Positions 41,505 to 54,450 of a stretch of DNA of 64,000 bases are shown here, piece after piece (position 1 is the stretch's first letter; each line of letters opens with the position of its first letter). The stretch spans positions 1 through 64,000 of the forward strand of contig JBHHYO010000004.1 in assembly GCA_046757665.1 (NCBI GenBank), given 5' to 3'. The position numbers were made by a program, and so were the translations under genes. Source of the DNA: Nitrospinales bacterium. GTDB taxonomy: Bacteria > Nitrospinota > Nitrospinia > Nitrospinales > JAJDAT01. Under the pieces are notes generated by a model that ran no database searches, had not been told where the DNA came from, and was given only the letters and a program-made list of their open reading frames with translations.

Positions 41505-43022
41505 TTAATGATGTTCCCCGCCCGTTTCGCTGTCGGCTTTCACGGTCTTCTCCACGGTCAACACATGCTCCGCGGCGGGCGAGACCCGGTCGATGAACAG
41601 TTTCGGAAACAACCCGATAAAAACGATCAGAAAACACGCGGGCAGAAGCATCCGCATTTCATCGCGGTCAATGTCCTTCAGCCCCTGCGGAAGTTTATCG
41701 TTTTTCTCCTGCGTGACGCCCTGGAAGAAGTAAAGCATGTAAATGGAAGCGAAAACGATCGCCAGCCCTCCCATCAACACGTAAATGACGGCATAATCGG
41801 CGACGGTCTTCGAGGTCCACACCCCCATCAGGATCAGAAACTCGCCGACAAACCCGTTCAGCCCCGGCAGGCCCAGCGCCGCCAGGGTGACGAGCATGAA
41901 GATGCCGTAAAGCAGTGGCATGACATCCCTCAACCCGCGAAAATCTTCCAGGTTGCGGGTTCCCATTTTCTCCTCAAGAATGCCGACGATGAGAAACAGG
42001 GCGGCGGCGATGATTCCATGATTGACCATCTGCAAAACGCTACCCTCGATTCCCTGTCCGTTTAAGGCGAAAATCCCCAGAGCGATAAAACCCAGATGGC
42101 TGATGCTGGAGTAGGCGACGAGGGATTTGATATCCTTCTGTGCGATGGCGATCCAGGCTCCGTAAACGATGCCGATGGCCGCCGCGCCGGCTATGATCGG
42201 CCCAAGCGCCGCCACCGCATCCGGAAAAAGCGGCAGGCAAAACCGGATGAAACCGTAAGCCCCCGTCTTCGACATGACGCCCGTCAACAGCACCAGCGTT
42301 GGAATGGGGCAAGCCATGTAAGTGTGGGGCAACCAACTGTGCAGGGGGAAAATCGGCACCTTGACGGCAAAGGCCATGAAAAACAAAAAAAACATCCAAA
42401 GTTGCGTATTGACCGGTATTTGCGTGTGCGCCAGCTCGCGAATATCAAACGACAACTCATGCGTAATATTGTAATGAGCCACGCTCACCGCAACGATCGC
42501 CACCAGCATCAACAAACTGCCGACCAGCGTGTACAAAACAAATTTCGTGGTGGCGTAAATCTTTTGCCCCTCGCCCCACAAGCCAATCAGAAAATACGTC
42601 GGGATGAGCATCACTTCCCAGAACACATAAAACAGAACCGTATCCAGGGCGAGAAAAACGCCCAGGGTACCGGTTTCGAGAACCAGCATCAGGGCGATGA
42701 AGTTCCTGATATTCTTCGTCCGGCCAAAAGAATATACGATCGCAACCAGGGAAAGCAGTGTGGTCAAAACAACCAGCAGTACACTGATGCCGTCAACCCC
42801 CAGGGTGTAATGAATGTTCAACAGGGAAACCCAGGAGTAGCTTTCGACAAACTGCATTCCCGGGTCGGCGGCGTCAAACGCAACCAGCAGGCCCAGGGAC
42901 AGAACCAGGCTCAACAACGCCGCCCCAATGGCGAATCCGCGGACTCCCGCTTCATTGTCCGGGGCCAGCCTCAAAACGCAGACCGCGGCTACCAATGGAA
43001 TGAAAACGATCAGGCTCAGCAT
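41505..43022 (-). CDS. nuoM: NADH-quinone oxidoreductase subunit M
   Basis: LGVDGIS, FYVFWEVMLIP, VKVPIFPLHSWLP, AYSSISHLG, LGLPGLNGFVGE. Confidence 0.96.
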   Translation of the reverse strand: MLSLIVFIPLVAAVCVLRLAPDNEAGVRGFAIGAALLSLVLSLGLLVAFDAADPGMQFVESYSWVSLLNIHYTLGVDGISVLLVVLTTLLSLVAIVYSFGRTKNIRNFIALMLVLETGTLGVFLALDTVLFYVFWEVMLIPTYFLIGLWGEGQKIYATTKFVLYTLVGSLLMLVAIVAVSVAHYNITHELSFDIRELAHTQIPVNTQLWMFFLFFMAFAVKVPIFPLHSWLPHTYMACPIPTLVLLTGVMSKTGAYGFIRFCLPLFPDAVAALGPIIAGAAAIGIVYGAWIAIAQKDIKSLVAYSSISHLGFIALGIFALNGQGIEGSVLQMVNHGIIAAALFLIVGILEEKMGTRNLEDFRGLRDVMPLLYGIFMLVTLAALGLPGLNGFVGEFLILMGVWTSKTVADYAVIYVLMGGLAIVFASIYMLYFFQGVTQEKNDKLPQGLKDIDRDEMRMLLPACFLIVFIGLFPKLFIDRVSPAAEHVLTVEKTVKADSETGGEHH

Positions 43023-43050
43023 TAAAGTTTCCTCATGCGGCTCGCCGCCG

Positions 43051-44922
43051 TCACATGAACACCACAAACAACAAAATGAACACCACGCCCACGATCATGT
43101 TGAGGGCATAGGTTCTCACTTTTCCGGACTGCCAAAGGCTCAGCCCGTGGCTGGCCTCGCGAACCCGCGCGCCGACGCCATCCACTACGTAATCAATTCC
43201 GTCCTTCTCCATTTTCTGCCAGATAAAAGCGGCCGTAGCGCGTGTTGGCCGGACGATCAAGGCGTCGTACAATTCATCGACATAATATTTGCGGTAGAGC
43301 AGATCGTAAATGGGCGCGAAAAGTTCCATGGCAAACGCCAGCCGGTCTTTCCCCGTAATGTACAAAGCGCCCGCCGTTACAATGCCGCCGATCCCCGCAA
43401 TGATGCCGATACTTTCCAAAAAATGATCTTCCGGAATGGGGGCAGTCTCTCCGCCGAAAACCGGGGCGAGAAACGCATCCACAAGCGGCGCCGCAAAACC
43501 CGCGAACAAAGCGAAAAACGCCAGCACCACCAGTACGCCGGCCATCACCCAGGGAGCCTCGTGCGGATGAGCGCCCGGAGTTCGCAAGTCGCCGAGAAAC
43601 GTCCGGAAGAACAGCCGGAACGAATAAAACCCCGTCATTCCCACCGTAAAAACGGCAATCGCCCAAAAAACGATGTTGCTGTTTCCCGAATACCACGAGT
43701 GAGCCACGATCGCTTCCTTACTGAAAAATCCGCTGGTCAACGGGAAGCCGGACAACGCCAGCGCGCCGATCAAAAACGTATAAAAGGTCAAGGGCATGGC
43801 AAGACGCAGGCCGCCCATATTGCGGATGTCCTGCTCGTCATTGAGGGCATGGATGACGCTCCCGGCTCCCAAAAACAGCAGGGCCTTGAAAAAGGCGTGC
43901 GTCATCAGATGAAACATGCCGAGACCATACACTCCAATGCCCACCGCCATGAACATGTAACCCAACTGGCTCATGGTGGAATAGGCGATGATTCGCTTGA
44001 TGTCGTTTTGCACCATGGCCATGGAGCCGGCAAACACCGCCGTCAGGATTCCCAGCGTAGCCACAAGAATCATCGTGTAAGGCGCCAGGTCATACAAGAC
44101 GTGGCAACGCGCCACCAGGTACACTCCGGCGGTGACCATGGTCGCCGCGTGGATCAGCGCACTGACCGGCGTCGGCCCTTCCATGGCGTCCGGTAGCCAG
44201 GTATGCAGGGGAATCTGCGCCGATTTGGCGAGCGCCCCCACCAGCAGTAACAAGGTGATCAGCAATAGGGTATCGTCGTTGGCCAGAAACTTGCCCGGCG
44301 CCGCGGCGAACACCTCCACGTAATTCAGCGTTCCAAACGCCTCGAAAATCACGAACGCGGCGATCACCATGCCGACGTCGCCGATCACGTTCATGACAAA
44401 GGCCTTGCGCGCCGCGAGAACCGCGCTGGTGCGCTCCGACCAAAACCCGATCAACAGATACGACGCCAGCCCCACCAGCGCCCAGCCGACGATCAGGAAA
44501 AAGAAATCCGCCGCCATCACCAGCAAAGCCATGGCAAAGATAAACAGGTTCATGTAGGCGAAAAACGTGGGCAGGCGAGGATCCTTTTCCATGTAACCGA
44601 TGGAATAGACGTGGATCAAAAAGCCGACGCCGGTGACCACCATGAGCATGAAAACGGAGAGAGGGTCGATCAGGATCGCCACGTCCAGCTTGAAATTTCC
44701 GGAAACGATCCACGGATAGAGGCTGTGCACGTGCCCCACCCTTTGGCCGGGGTCCAGAAGCAGGAGGTCGCCAAGGGCGGCCAGGGTCACCAGGAAGGAC
44801 AAGCCCACCGTGGCGCACCCCGCCGGGCCGACCAGGCGGCGCGGGATTCGCTCCCCATACCAGCTCAGGCCGACAAACCCCAGCATGGGAGACAGCAGTA
44901 TAAGCCAGGCGTAACCGAACAA
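43051..44922 (-). CDS. nuoL: NADH-quinone oxidoreductase subunit L
   Basis: LIHVYSIGYM, KSAQIPLHTWLPDAMEGPTPVSALIHAATMV, FHLMTHAFFKALLFL. Confidence 0.97.
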   Translation of the reverse strand: MFGYAWLILLSPMLGFVGLSWYGERIPRRLVGPAGCATVGLSFLVTLAALGDLLLLDPGQRVGHVHSLYPWIVSGNFKLDVAILIDPLSVFMLMVVTGVGFLIHVYSIGYMEKDPRLPTFFAYMNLFIFAMALLVMAADFFFLIVGWALVGLASYLLIGFWSERTSAVLAARKAFVMNVIGDVGMVIAAFVIFEAFGTLNYVEVFAAAPGKFLANDDTLLLITLLLLVGALAKSAQIPLHTWLPDAMEGPTPVSALIHAATMVTAGVYLVARCHVLYDLAPYTMILVATLGILTAVFAGSMAMVQNDIKRIIAYSTMSQLGYMFMAVGIGVYGLGMFHLMTHAFFKALLFLGAGSVIHALNDEQDIRNMGGLRLAMPLTFYTFLIGALALSGFPLTSGFFSKEAIVAHSWYSGNSNIVFWAIAVFTVGMTGFYSFRLFFRTFLGDLRTPGAHPHEAPWVMAGVLVVLAFFALFAGFAAPLVDAFLAPVFGGETAPIPEDHFLESIGIIAGIGGIVTAGALYITGKDRLAFAMELFAPIYDLLYRKYYVDELYDALIVRPTRATAAFIWQKMEKDGIDYVVDGVGARVREASHGLSLWQSGKVRTYALNMIVGVVFILLFVVFM

Positions 44923-44926
44923 GCGT

Positions 44927-45226
44927 TTATCCTTTCAAGGTGTCGATATGATCCACGTTGAGATCGTGCCGCGTCCGAAAGATGGTCAGGAGAATCGCCA
45001 GCCCCACCACCACTTCCGCCGCCGCGACCGCCATGACGATCAAGGCGAAAATTTGCCCGTCAAGGGATTTCAGAAAACTCGAATAGCCGACCAGAAGAAA
45101 GTTCACCGCGTTCAACATCAATTCCAGCGACATGAACATCACCAGCGGGTTCTTGCGGATGATAAAACCGACGGCGCCGATGCAGAAAATCGCCGCGCTG
45201 ATTATCAAAACAAATTCATTGCCCAT
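44927..45226 (-). CDS. nuoK: NADH-quinone oxidoreductase subunit K
   Basis: MSLELMLNAVN, VAAAEVVVGLA. Confidence 0.96.
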   Translation of the reverse strand: MGNEFVLIISAAIFCIGAVGFIIRKNPLVMFMSLELMLNAVNFLLVGYSSFLKSLDGQIFALIVMAVAAAEVVVGLAILLTIFRTRHDLNVDHIDTLKG

Positions 45227-45266
45227 GACAAAATATCAGTGATTAAAAAAATGATTAAAACCTCAC

Positions 45267-45806
45267 CTATTCCCGCCGCCGTATTGGACGAAAATGGAAT
45301 TTGGCCAGGCAAACGATACCTATCGTGGCGACCAGCAACAAGACGGAGGCCAGTTCAAAGGGAATCAGGTGGCGCGAAAACAGCTCCAGCCCCACGGCCT
45401 TGGCGTTGCCGATAACGGCGACGTTGATGGCGTCGAACATGCCTTCGACGGGCTGGGTTTTCCCCACCGTGGCGGCCATCAGCAGTTCGCCGAACAACAG
45501 GAAGATAAACGCAAACGCCGTTGACCGTTGCAACGACGGCTCGCGGACTTCCTCCTTGCCGCCCAACAGCGCAATGATGAAAATAAAAAGAATCATGACC
45601 GCCCCGGCGTAAACGATCATCTGCACCGCCGCGATGAATTCCGCGTGGTACAGCAGGTACAGCACGGCCAGGCAGATCATGTTGCCGATCAGGTACAGGG
45701 CGCTGTAAATCGGCGAGGCGCACAACACCACGCCAAAGCCGGCCAGCACCGCCGTCAGCCCTACAACGAACGTCAGGGTCTGGTAGGTAATTTCCTCAAT
45801 GACCAC
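45267..45806 (-). CDS. nuoJ: NADH-quinone oxidoreductase subunit J
   Basis: AEFIAAVQMIVYAGAVMILF, PFELASVLLLVA. Confidence 0.95.
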   Translation of the reverse strand: MVIEEITYQTLTFVVGLTAVLAGFGVVLCASPIYSALYLIGNMICLAVLYLLYHAEFIAAVQMIVYAGAVMILFIFIIALLGGKEEVREPSLQRSTAFAFIFLLFGELLMAATVGKTQPVEGMFDAINVAVIGNAKAVGLELFSRHLIPFELASVLLLVATIGIVCLAKFHFRPIRRRE

Positions 45807-45830
45807 GTTTTTCCCAAAAGTTGTTGTGCG

Positions 45831-46325
45831 TTACGATTTGACCCGCCTGGTATTGCCCAGATAATTCACGCGAAACCGGTTCGGCTCGGGATAGACCAGC
45901 AGGTCCTCCTTTTGCAGAACAAACGTGTTGCGGTCATAGTCCGCCAACTCGTAATGTTCACGCAGGACCACGGCATCCACCGGGCAGGCCTCCTCGCAAT
46001 AACCGCAGTAAATGCACCGCAGTAAATTGATTTCGTAAACCGCGGCATAGCGTTCACCCGGCGAAACGCGGTGCTCGTCGGTGTTTTCCGCGGCCACGAC
46101 ATGGATGCAACCCACCGGACAGTTGATGGAACACAAACTGCACCCGACACATCGTTCCAGCCCGTTTTCGTCGCGGTTCAGGAAATGCCGCCCGCGATAG
46201 CCCTTCGGCATCTGACGCTTGACTTCCGGGTATTGAATCGTTCCCGGCTTGGAAACCATGTTCCGGAAAGTCACCCCCAGGCCAATCAACAAGTTTTTGA
46301 TTCCTTGAATCGCCCCGCCAATCAT
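45831..46325 (-). CDS. nuoI: NADH-quinone oxidoreductase subunit I
   Basis: TIQYPE, CVGCSLCSINCP and CIYCGYCEEACP. Confidence 0.97.
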   Translation of the reverse strand: MIGGAIQGIKNLLIGLGVTFRNMVSKPGTIQYPEVKRQMPKGYRGRHFLNRDENGLERCVGCSLCSINCPVGCIHVVAAENTDEHRVSPGERYAAVYEINLLRCIYCGYCEEACPVDAVVLREHYELADYDRNTFVLQKEDLLVYPEPNRFRVNYLGNTRRVKS

Positions 46326-46344
46326 ATCGTCACCTTTTGCAACG

Positions 46345-47358
46345 TCACAGGATTTTGGCGAATCCGGTGATCAAAAGATTGAATACCGCCAACGGCAGAA
46401 GCACCTTCCAGCCAAACGTCATCAGCCGATCATAACGGATGCGCGGAAAAGTGGACCTCAGCCAGATAAACACGCACAACAACAAGAACACCTTGCCGAC
46501 AAACGCCACTATGGGAAACAGCGGCAGGCCGTAGGCGTTCCAGCCGCCCAGAAACATCAAGGTCACCAGGGCGCTCATCGTGATCATGCTGATGTATTCG
46601 CCCATGAAAAACATGGCGAACTTCATGCCCGAATATTCCGTATGAAACCCCGCGACCAGTTCCTGCTCCGCCTCCGGCAGGTCGAAGGGCGCCCGATTGG
46701 TCTCCGCCACGCCGGCGGTGAAAAACAGGATGAACGCCAGCGGCTGGGTCAAAATGTAGGGAACGGACGCCTGGCTTGCCACGATCTCTCTCAGGTTCAG
46801 CGAGCCGGCCATGATGATAACACTTAACGCAGAGAGCCCCAGCGCCAATTCATAACTGATCATCTGCGCGGAAGACCGCAGTCCGCCCATCAGCGAATAC
46901 TTGTTGTTCGAGGCCAGGCCGCCGAGCACGATTCCATAAATCCCCATCCCGGAAATCGCAAAGACAAACAAAATCCCGACATTGACGTTGGCCACCCACA
47001 GCCCGATGGTCTGCCCGAAAACTTGCACCGGCTCTCCGAAAGGGATCACGGCAAAGGCGACGATGGACGTAAACACAACGATTGCCGGCGCCAGGTGGAA
47101 CAGAAATTTATCCGCCGACGTCGTGACAATCGACTCCTTGAACAGCAATTTGATGGAATCGGCAAACGGCTGTATCAAGCCGAACGGCCCGACGCGGTTG
47201 GGCCCCAGGCGCACCTGAAACCGCCCCATCAACCGCCGTTCCAGCCACACCAGGAAAGGCACGGTCTGCAACAGCAGGACGGCGATGATGACCGCTTTCA
47301 CGATGCCGATAATCAGGCCCGTGTACGGCGTTAAAAATTCGATCGCGGTGTCTATCAA
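46345..47358 (-). CDS. nuoH: NADH-quinone oxidoreductase subunit H
   Basis: ERR..GR.Q.R.GPNRVG, SAQMISYE, AETNRAPFDLPEAEQELVAG. Confidence 0.97.
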   Translation of the reverse strand: MIDTAIEFLTPYTGLIIGIVKAVIIAVLLLQTVPFLVWLERRLMGRFQVRLGPNRVGPFGLIQPFADSIKLLFKESIVTTSADKFLFHLAPAIVVFTSIVAFAVIPFGEPVQVFGQTIGLWVANVNVGILFVFAISGMGIYGIVLGGLASNNKYSLMGGLRSSAQMISYELALGLSALSVIIMAGSLNLREIVASQASVPYILTQPLAFILFFTAGVAETNRAPFDLPEAEQELVAGFHTEYSGMKFAMFFMGEYISMITMSALVTLMFLGGWNAYGLPLFPIVAFVGKVFLLLCVFIWLRSTFPRIRYDRLMTFGWKVLLPLAVFNLLITGFAKIL

Positions 47359-47370
47359 AAAATTCTCCCG

Positions 47371-49845
47371 TTAATCTTTCTCAATTCGCACCCAGGCGGC
47401 CGAGCCGTCGGCATTGGCCAGCGACCAGACGCCTTGCCGGTCGGATACTTTCGGGATCACCACCCCTCCCGGATTACAAGCGTTGGAAACTTCCACTTCG
47501 GCATTGATTTCCGCGTCACCGGACAAGATACGCACCCGGTCGCCGGTTTTGAGCCCCCGTTTCGCCGCGTCGGCCTCGTGGAGAAGCGCCGTCGAGGGTT
47601 GAAAATGATGCGCCAGCGGCGAGTCGTCCTCGAGAATCTTGTCGTTGGCGAACAACCGGTGGGCCACCCGTAGCCGCAAGGCTCCGTCCACCGGCGGCGC
47701 AACGCTATCGGCGCAAGCCCCGTTGGAGGCGGCACTTGCCACCGTTCTGTTTTTGCCGATTTTTTGAATGGTGCGCCTCTTGATGTCCTCGTATCCCGGC
47801 ACGTTCGCCGCCATTTCCGCCGTAACCGCGAAGGAGTCCGGGTACTCCGCCTCGTCGCCCAACTCCCTGGCAATTCGGGAAATGATTTTCCAGTCCGGTG
47901 GGTTGGCGGTCTTGAGGCCGCGTCTTCGATACTGAACGCGCCCGCCGATGTTGGTGGTCGTGCCTTCGTCATACATGGGACCGTTGGAGGGCAACAGCAC
48001 ATGCGCCAGCCGGCTGGTCTCCGTATGCAACATGTCGTGGACCACGAGGAAATCCAGCTTCTTTAAAGCTTCTTCCACCTTCGCGCCGCCGGGGAAGTCG
48101 ACAACCGGGTTGGCCCGGTGAACGATCAACGCCTTGATCTCGCCGTTGCGGGCTTTTTCGATCATTTGCAGGGCGGAGCAACCCGGTTGCAGTGGCGCCG
48201 CGTCTCCCCACAGTTCCTTGATTTTTTCCGTTTCCGTCAAGGCCAGGCCGCCGGGATAAAAATCGGGCAGAACACCCATATCCATGGCGCCGAGCGCGTT
48301 GGTTCCCGGCGCCGCCGGAATCGCCCCGCATTCCGCCGTCGGTATTTGGCCGATCACGGAGAGCAGACGCTTGACGGCGGAGACACCGTTTCCCGCCAGG
48401 GCCGCCGGATTATAAATAACGCAAACTTTCAGGCCGACGCAGATCTGCTCGGCAAATTGTTTCAATTGTTCGGATTGAATGCCGGTGGTTTTTTCAAGGT
48501 CCGCAACTTCCGGCCCCGCCTCCAGGCCCAACTGCCTCGCCAGCGTATCGGCCAGGGCGGCGATTGCCGGCGAGCCGGCGCCAACATGGTACCGCGGGGA
48601 AAGAGCGGCGTAATCGTCCATCAACGTTTTTTGATCGTTCAATACGATCAGCTTGACGCCCTTGCGCGTGACCGCCTTTTTAATCCGCAGGTCCAGAATC
48701 GGCAGTTCCTCGGTGGGGTCGACGCCAATCAACACCAGCAGGTTTGATGTTTCCACTTGCTCGAAATCGTAATGATTGACGGGCAGGCCGGGCGTATCCG
48801 GATAAGCCTTGTGGTCGATATTGTTGGAGCCGAGCCGAAGCCGCATCATCTTCTGATACAGGTACAGTTCTTCATTCGTCGGGAATGCCGACCCGATGTA
48901 GCCCATACTGCCGGGCCCGTGCTGTTCGGCGATTTCCTTGAGTTTCTGCGCCGTCCGGACAATCGCATCGTCAAGGGAGAGAGGTTCGCTTCCCTGGCCG
49001 GCGGCGGGTTGAAGGACGCGGTTTTGGCTTTCAACGAAATCATGCCCAAACCGTCCCTTGTCGCAAATCCAGTCGTCATCGACGAAATCGTTGGGCCGCG
49101 ACTCGATGCGCATCAGGCTGTTGAGCCGAGCCCCAAAGGTGATGTTGCAATTGCAACCGCAATGGGCGCACAAGGTTTTGGCGTTGTCCAAATCCCAGGT
49201 GCGCGCCCGAAAGCGAAACCGGGTGTTGGTCAGCGCGCCCACCGGGCAGATATCGATCACGTTTCCCGAAAACCGGGTCGCGTACGGTTCATTATTGAAC
49301 GTACCGATCTCATTATGGAATCCGCGGTTGAGCATGACCAGCGCCTGGTCTTTCTCGATAATCTCGCTGTAGCGCGTACAGCGCTGGCAGGCAATACAGC
49401 GTTCCCGGTCCAGGGTAATGACCGGGCTCAAGGGCTTGGCCTTGTCGTTATGGGCTCTTTGAAACACCATGCGCGTGTCGCCCGGCCCGTACTTGAAGGT
49501 GTTGTTTTGCAGGGGACACTCGCCGCCCTTGTCGCACACGGGGCAATCGAGCGGATGGTTGAGGAGGGTGAACTCCAAAACGCCTTGCCGGCCCTTCGTG
49601 ACTTGCGGGGTGTCGGTTTTGACCACCATGTCCGGCGCAACGGTTTGCGTGCAGGCCGTGGCCAGCTTCGGCATTTTTTCCACTTCCACCAGGCACATGC
49701 GGCAACAACCGAACGGCCCGAGTTTTTTGTGGTAGCAAAAAACCGGGATTTCAATGTCCACCGTCTTGGCCGCGTCGACAAGCACCGTATTTTTGGGAAC
49801 GGTCACCGTTTGGCCGTCTATGGTCAGCGTAACTTTATCGTTCAT
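47371..49845 (-). CDS. nuoG: NADH-quinone oxidoreductase subunit G (long form with N7 cluster motif)
   Basis: CYH...CCRMC, HPLDCPVCDKGGEC, CIACQRC, CAHCGCNC...WICDKGRF, C-terminal molybdopterin-dinucleotide-binding-like domain. Confidence 0.95.
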   Translation of the reverse strand: MNDKVTLTIDGQTVTVPKNTVLVDAAKTVDIEIPVFCYHKKLGPFGCCRMCLVEVEKMPKLATACTQTVAPDMVVKTDTPQVTKGRQGVLEFTLLNHPLDCPVCDKGGECPLQNNTFKYGPGDTRMVFQRAHNDKAKPLSPVITLDRERCIACQRCTRYSEIIEKDQALVMLNRGFHNEIGTFNNEPYATRFSGNVIDICPVGALTNTRFRFRARTWDLDNAKTLCAHCGCNCNITFGARLNSLMRIESRPNDFVDDDWICDKGRFGHDFVESQNRVLQPAAGQGSEPLSLDDAIVRTAQKLKEIAEQHGPGSMGYIGSAFPTNEELYLYQKMMRLRLGSNNIDHKAYPDTPGLPVNHYDFEQVETSNLLVLIGVDPTEELPILDLRIKKAVTRKGVKLIVLNDQKTLMDDYAALSPRYHVGAGSPAIAALADTLARQLGLEAGPEVADLEKTTGIQSEQLKQFAEQICVGLKVCVIYNPAALAGNGVSAVKRLLSVIGQIPTAECGAIPAAPGTNALGAMDMGVLPDFYPGGLALTETEKIKELWGDAAPLQPGCSALQMIEKARNGEIKALIVHRANPVVDFPGGAKVEEALKKLDFLVVHDMLHTETSRLAHVLLPSNGPMYDEGTTTNIGGRVQYRRRGLKTANPPDWKIISRIARELGDEAEYPDSFAVTAEMAANVPGYEDIKRRTIQKIGKNRTVASAASNGACADSVAPPVDGALRLRVAHRLFANDKILEDDSPLAHHFQPSTALLHEADAAKRGLKTGDRVRILSGDAEINAEVEVSNACNPGGVVIPKVSDRQGVWSLANADGSAAWVRIEKD

Positions 49846-49850
49846 GTGTT

Positions 49851-51112
<1,262 letters not shown>

Positions 51113-51116
<4 letters not shown>

Positions 51117-51586
51117 TCAAGAGACGAAAGAATCTCGTCGATGGAATGTTTCGTCAGGTTCAAATGGTACGTATCGTTGACCCGCATTACCGGCGCCGCG
51201 CAACATTCCGCCAGGCATTCTTCCTGCAACAGGGTCACTTTATTGTCCGGCGTGGTTTCCCCGACCTGGATGTTGAGCTTGCTGGCGGTGTACTCCAGCA
51301 GGGAATCGCAACCGGTCAAATAACAACTGACATTGGTGCAGAAACGGATAACATGCCTGCCGACCGGCCTGGTGTGGTACATCGTATAAAACGAACAAAC
51401 GGACTGCACATAAGCCGGGGAGACATCCAGCCGGCGCGCAATCTCCGCCATGGCTCCCGGCGTGACATATCCTTCCTGCCTCTGCGCCAGGTGAAGCAGA
51501 GGCAGGAGGGCGGATTTTTTTTCGGGATATTTTTTCAGCGCCGCTTCAATTTCCCGTTCCGCGCTTTCCGAAAAAACGAAGCTCAC
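51113..51586 (-). CDS. nuoE: NADH-quinone oxidoreductase subunit E
   Basis: SALLPLLH.AQ, SFYTMY, CTNVSC, ECLAEC..AP. Confidence 0.96.
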
Positions 51587-52782
51587 CGGTCCACCTCTCC
51601 CATCACAATATCCACACTACCGATAATCGCCACAACGTCGGCGATAAAAGCGCCTTCCATAATTTTGCACATGCCAGGGATGGCCATGAAAGAAGGCGCG
51701 CGCATTTTCATTCGATACGGCTGGTTCGACCCATCGCTGACGATATAAAATCCCACCTCGCCCCGGGCGCCTTCGATGGGGACGTACGTTTCCCCCTTCG
51801 GCACATGGATGCCTTCCGACACCAGTTTAAAATGATGGATCAGAGCCTCCATGCTGGTATGCAGGGTATCGCGCGGCGGCAGGGAAATTTTATTGTCCTC
51901 TACCTTGTAGGGGCCATCCGGCAGGTTTTTCAAAGCCTGGCGGACGATTTCCCGGCTTTGCCGCATTTCCTCAACCCGCACCAGGTACCGGTCATAGACA
52001 TCGCCGTTATGCTTAACGGGAACGTCAAAACGGAAATCCTCGTATCGGGAATAGGGGCGTTTTTTGCGAAAATCCCAGTCCACTCCCGAACCTCGCAGAC
52101 AAGGCCCGCTCATGCTGTAGGCGATGGCTTGCTCCCGGGGAATGACTCCCACCCCCTGAGTCCGGTCCATCCAGATCGGATTTTTGGTCAACAACGCTTC
52201 GTATTCATCAATCTTTTCCGGGAAAATATCGACAAACTCCTGAACGGCTTTCAGCCATTCGGGTGTGGCATCCCTCATCACTCCGCCAATCCGGATGTAA
52301 CTGGTCATCATGCGGACTCCGGAAGCCATCTCGTTTAAATCGAGAATCATCTCCCTTTCCCGCCAGGCATAGAGGAATACCGTCATGGCGCCGATGTCCA
52401 GCGCATGGGTTCCGAGCCAGAGCAGATGACTGCCGATGCGGTTCAGCTCGGACATAATGACCCGCAGATAGGCCGCGCGCGGCGTTACTTCCAGCCCCAA
52501 CAACTTTTCCGTGGTCAGGCAAAACGCCAGATTGTTGGTGGGCGGGTTCAGATAATCCAACCGGTCGGTCATGGGGATGCAATGGACGTAGCGCTTGGTC
52601 TCGCCGCTTTTTTCGATTCCGGTGTGCAGGTAGCCGATGTCCGGCTCGGCGGAACGGATGATTTCCCCATCCATCTCCAGGATCACCCGGAACACCCCGT
52701 GCGTGCTGGGGTGTTGCGGCCCCATGTTCAGGGTCATCGTATCCTTGGTGCGTTCCAGAAGCCCTTTTTCGACGACGCTCAT
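51583..52782 (-). CDS. nuoD: NADH-quinone oxidoreductase subunit D
   Basis: NMGPQHPSTHG, DRLDY, EALIHHFK, DIVMGEVDR. Confidence 0.97.
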   Translation of the reverse strand: MSVVEKGLLERTKDTMTLNMGPQHPSTHGVFRVILEMDGEIIRSAEPDIGYLHTGIEKSGETKRYVHCIPMTDRLDYLNPPTNNLAFCLTTEKLLGLEVTPRAAYLRVIMSELNRIGSHLLWLGTHALDIGAMTVFLYAWREREMILDLNEMASGVRMMTSYIRIGGVMRDATPEWLKAVQEFVDIFPEKIDEYEALLTKNPIWMDRTQGVGVIPREQAIAYSMSGPCLRGSGVDWDFRKKRPYSRYEDFRFDVPVKHNGDVYDRYLVRVEEMRQSREIVRQALKNLPDGPYKVEDNKISLPPRDTLHTSMEALIHHFKLVSEGIHVPKGETYVPIEGARGEVGFYIVSDGSNQPYRMKMRAPSFMAIPGMCKIMEGAFIADVVAIIGSVDIVMGEVDR

Positions 52783-52791
52783 CGTGTGTTC

Positions 52792-53336
52792 CTAGTCCTG
52801 GCCGGGTTTGTACCGGGTGAGTGTTTTTTCCTTTATCAGCTCGCGATTGGTATCGATGTTGTGGGTAAAGGCGACGTCTTCCCAGTTCAAATCGTAATCC
52901 TTTCGCAAGGGATGGCCTTCCCATTCCTCCGGCATCAACAAACGCCTGAGATCGGCAAGCCCCTCGATGTGGAAACCGAACATGTCGAACAGTTCCCGTT
53001 CGGGGAATACGGCGGAGGGCCAAAGGTCGGAAATGGTGGGCACCGTAGGTTTCTCCTCCGGCAAAGCGACGCGCACGCGGATCGAATGGTTTTTCGCGAT
53101 CGAATGAAATTCGTAAACCGATTCAAACCGGAGGTCCCTCTCCTGCTCCAGGTAATCGACGCCCGTGATATGACTCAGATAATCAAAATTCAATTCCGGG
53201 TCGTCCCTGAGAACTTTTACGGTGTCATGGAGGGTATCCGGGCCGACATGGATCACCGCATCTCCCAGCGTAACCTCGGCTTGAAGGATGCTTTCGCCGC
53301 AACAGGATTTCACCCTTTGCAGGATTTCCTCGCTGG

Positions 53337-53340
<4 letters not shown>
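52792..53340 (-). CDS. nuoC: NADH-quinone oxidoreductase subunit C
   Basis: [22 protein letters not shown]. Confidence 0.96.
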
Positions 53341-53911
<571 letters not shown>

Positions 53912-53921
<10 letters not shown>

Positions 53922-54265
53922 TCCAAACCTCCTCGTCCCCAAACATAGACGTAAGCGATCCCTAAAATGGCGATAAATACCAACATCTCAATAAACCCGA
54001 ACAACTGCAATTCATCCAGGGCAACCGCCCAGGGATACATGAACACCACTTCGATATCGAAAATGATAAAAAGCATGGCGATGGTCGCAAACCGAACGGG
54101 AAACCTTCCCTTGGCCTCTTCCTTGGGAACCATGCCGCATTCGTAGGGAAGGACCTTGGATTCGTTCGGTCTTCGCGGACCCAGGATCGTGGAAAGCACC
54201 AGCAAGCCCGCCACGACGATCAAGGCCACGACTCCAAACACGGCCACGAAAAAATATTCGGTCAT
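53912..54265 (-). CDS. nuoA: NADH-quinone oxidoreductase subunit A
   Basis: [24 protein letters not shown]. Confidence 0.97.
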
Positions 54266-54356
54266 ACCGATGACTCCCTAACATTTTTAAAGCCGTTGCT
54301 AACAATCATCATATCAATGTCCCGTCTGAAGGCCAAAAGATAAAGCCAAAACAGGG

Positions 54357-54384
54357 ATTATAAAGCCCTGCCACCGCCTGTCAA
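54357..54384 (-). promoter_or_regulatory. Consensus sigma70 promoter of the nuo operon
   Basis: Minus strand TTGACA-N16-TATAAT. The -10 is flanked by a CAGGG/CCCTG inverted repeat. Confidence 0.75.
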
Positions 54385-54450
54385 TCATAGAATTCAATCT
54401 TTTGCGGCGGACGGAAACGCCTTGCCGAGAGAACAAAACTATTCATTATA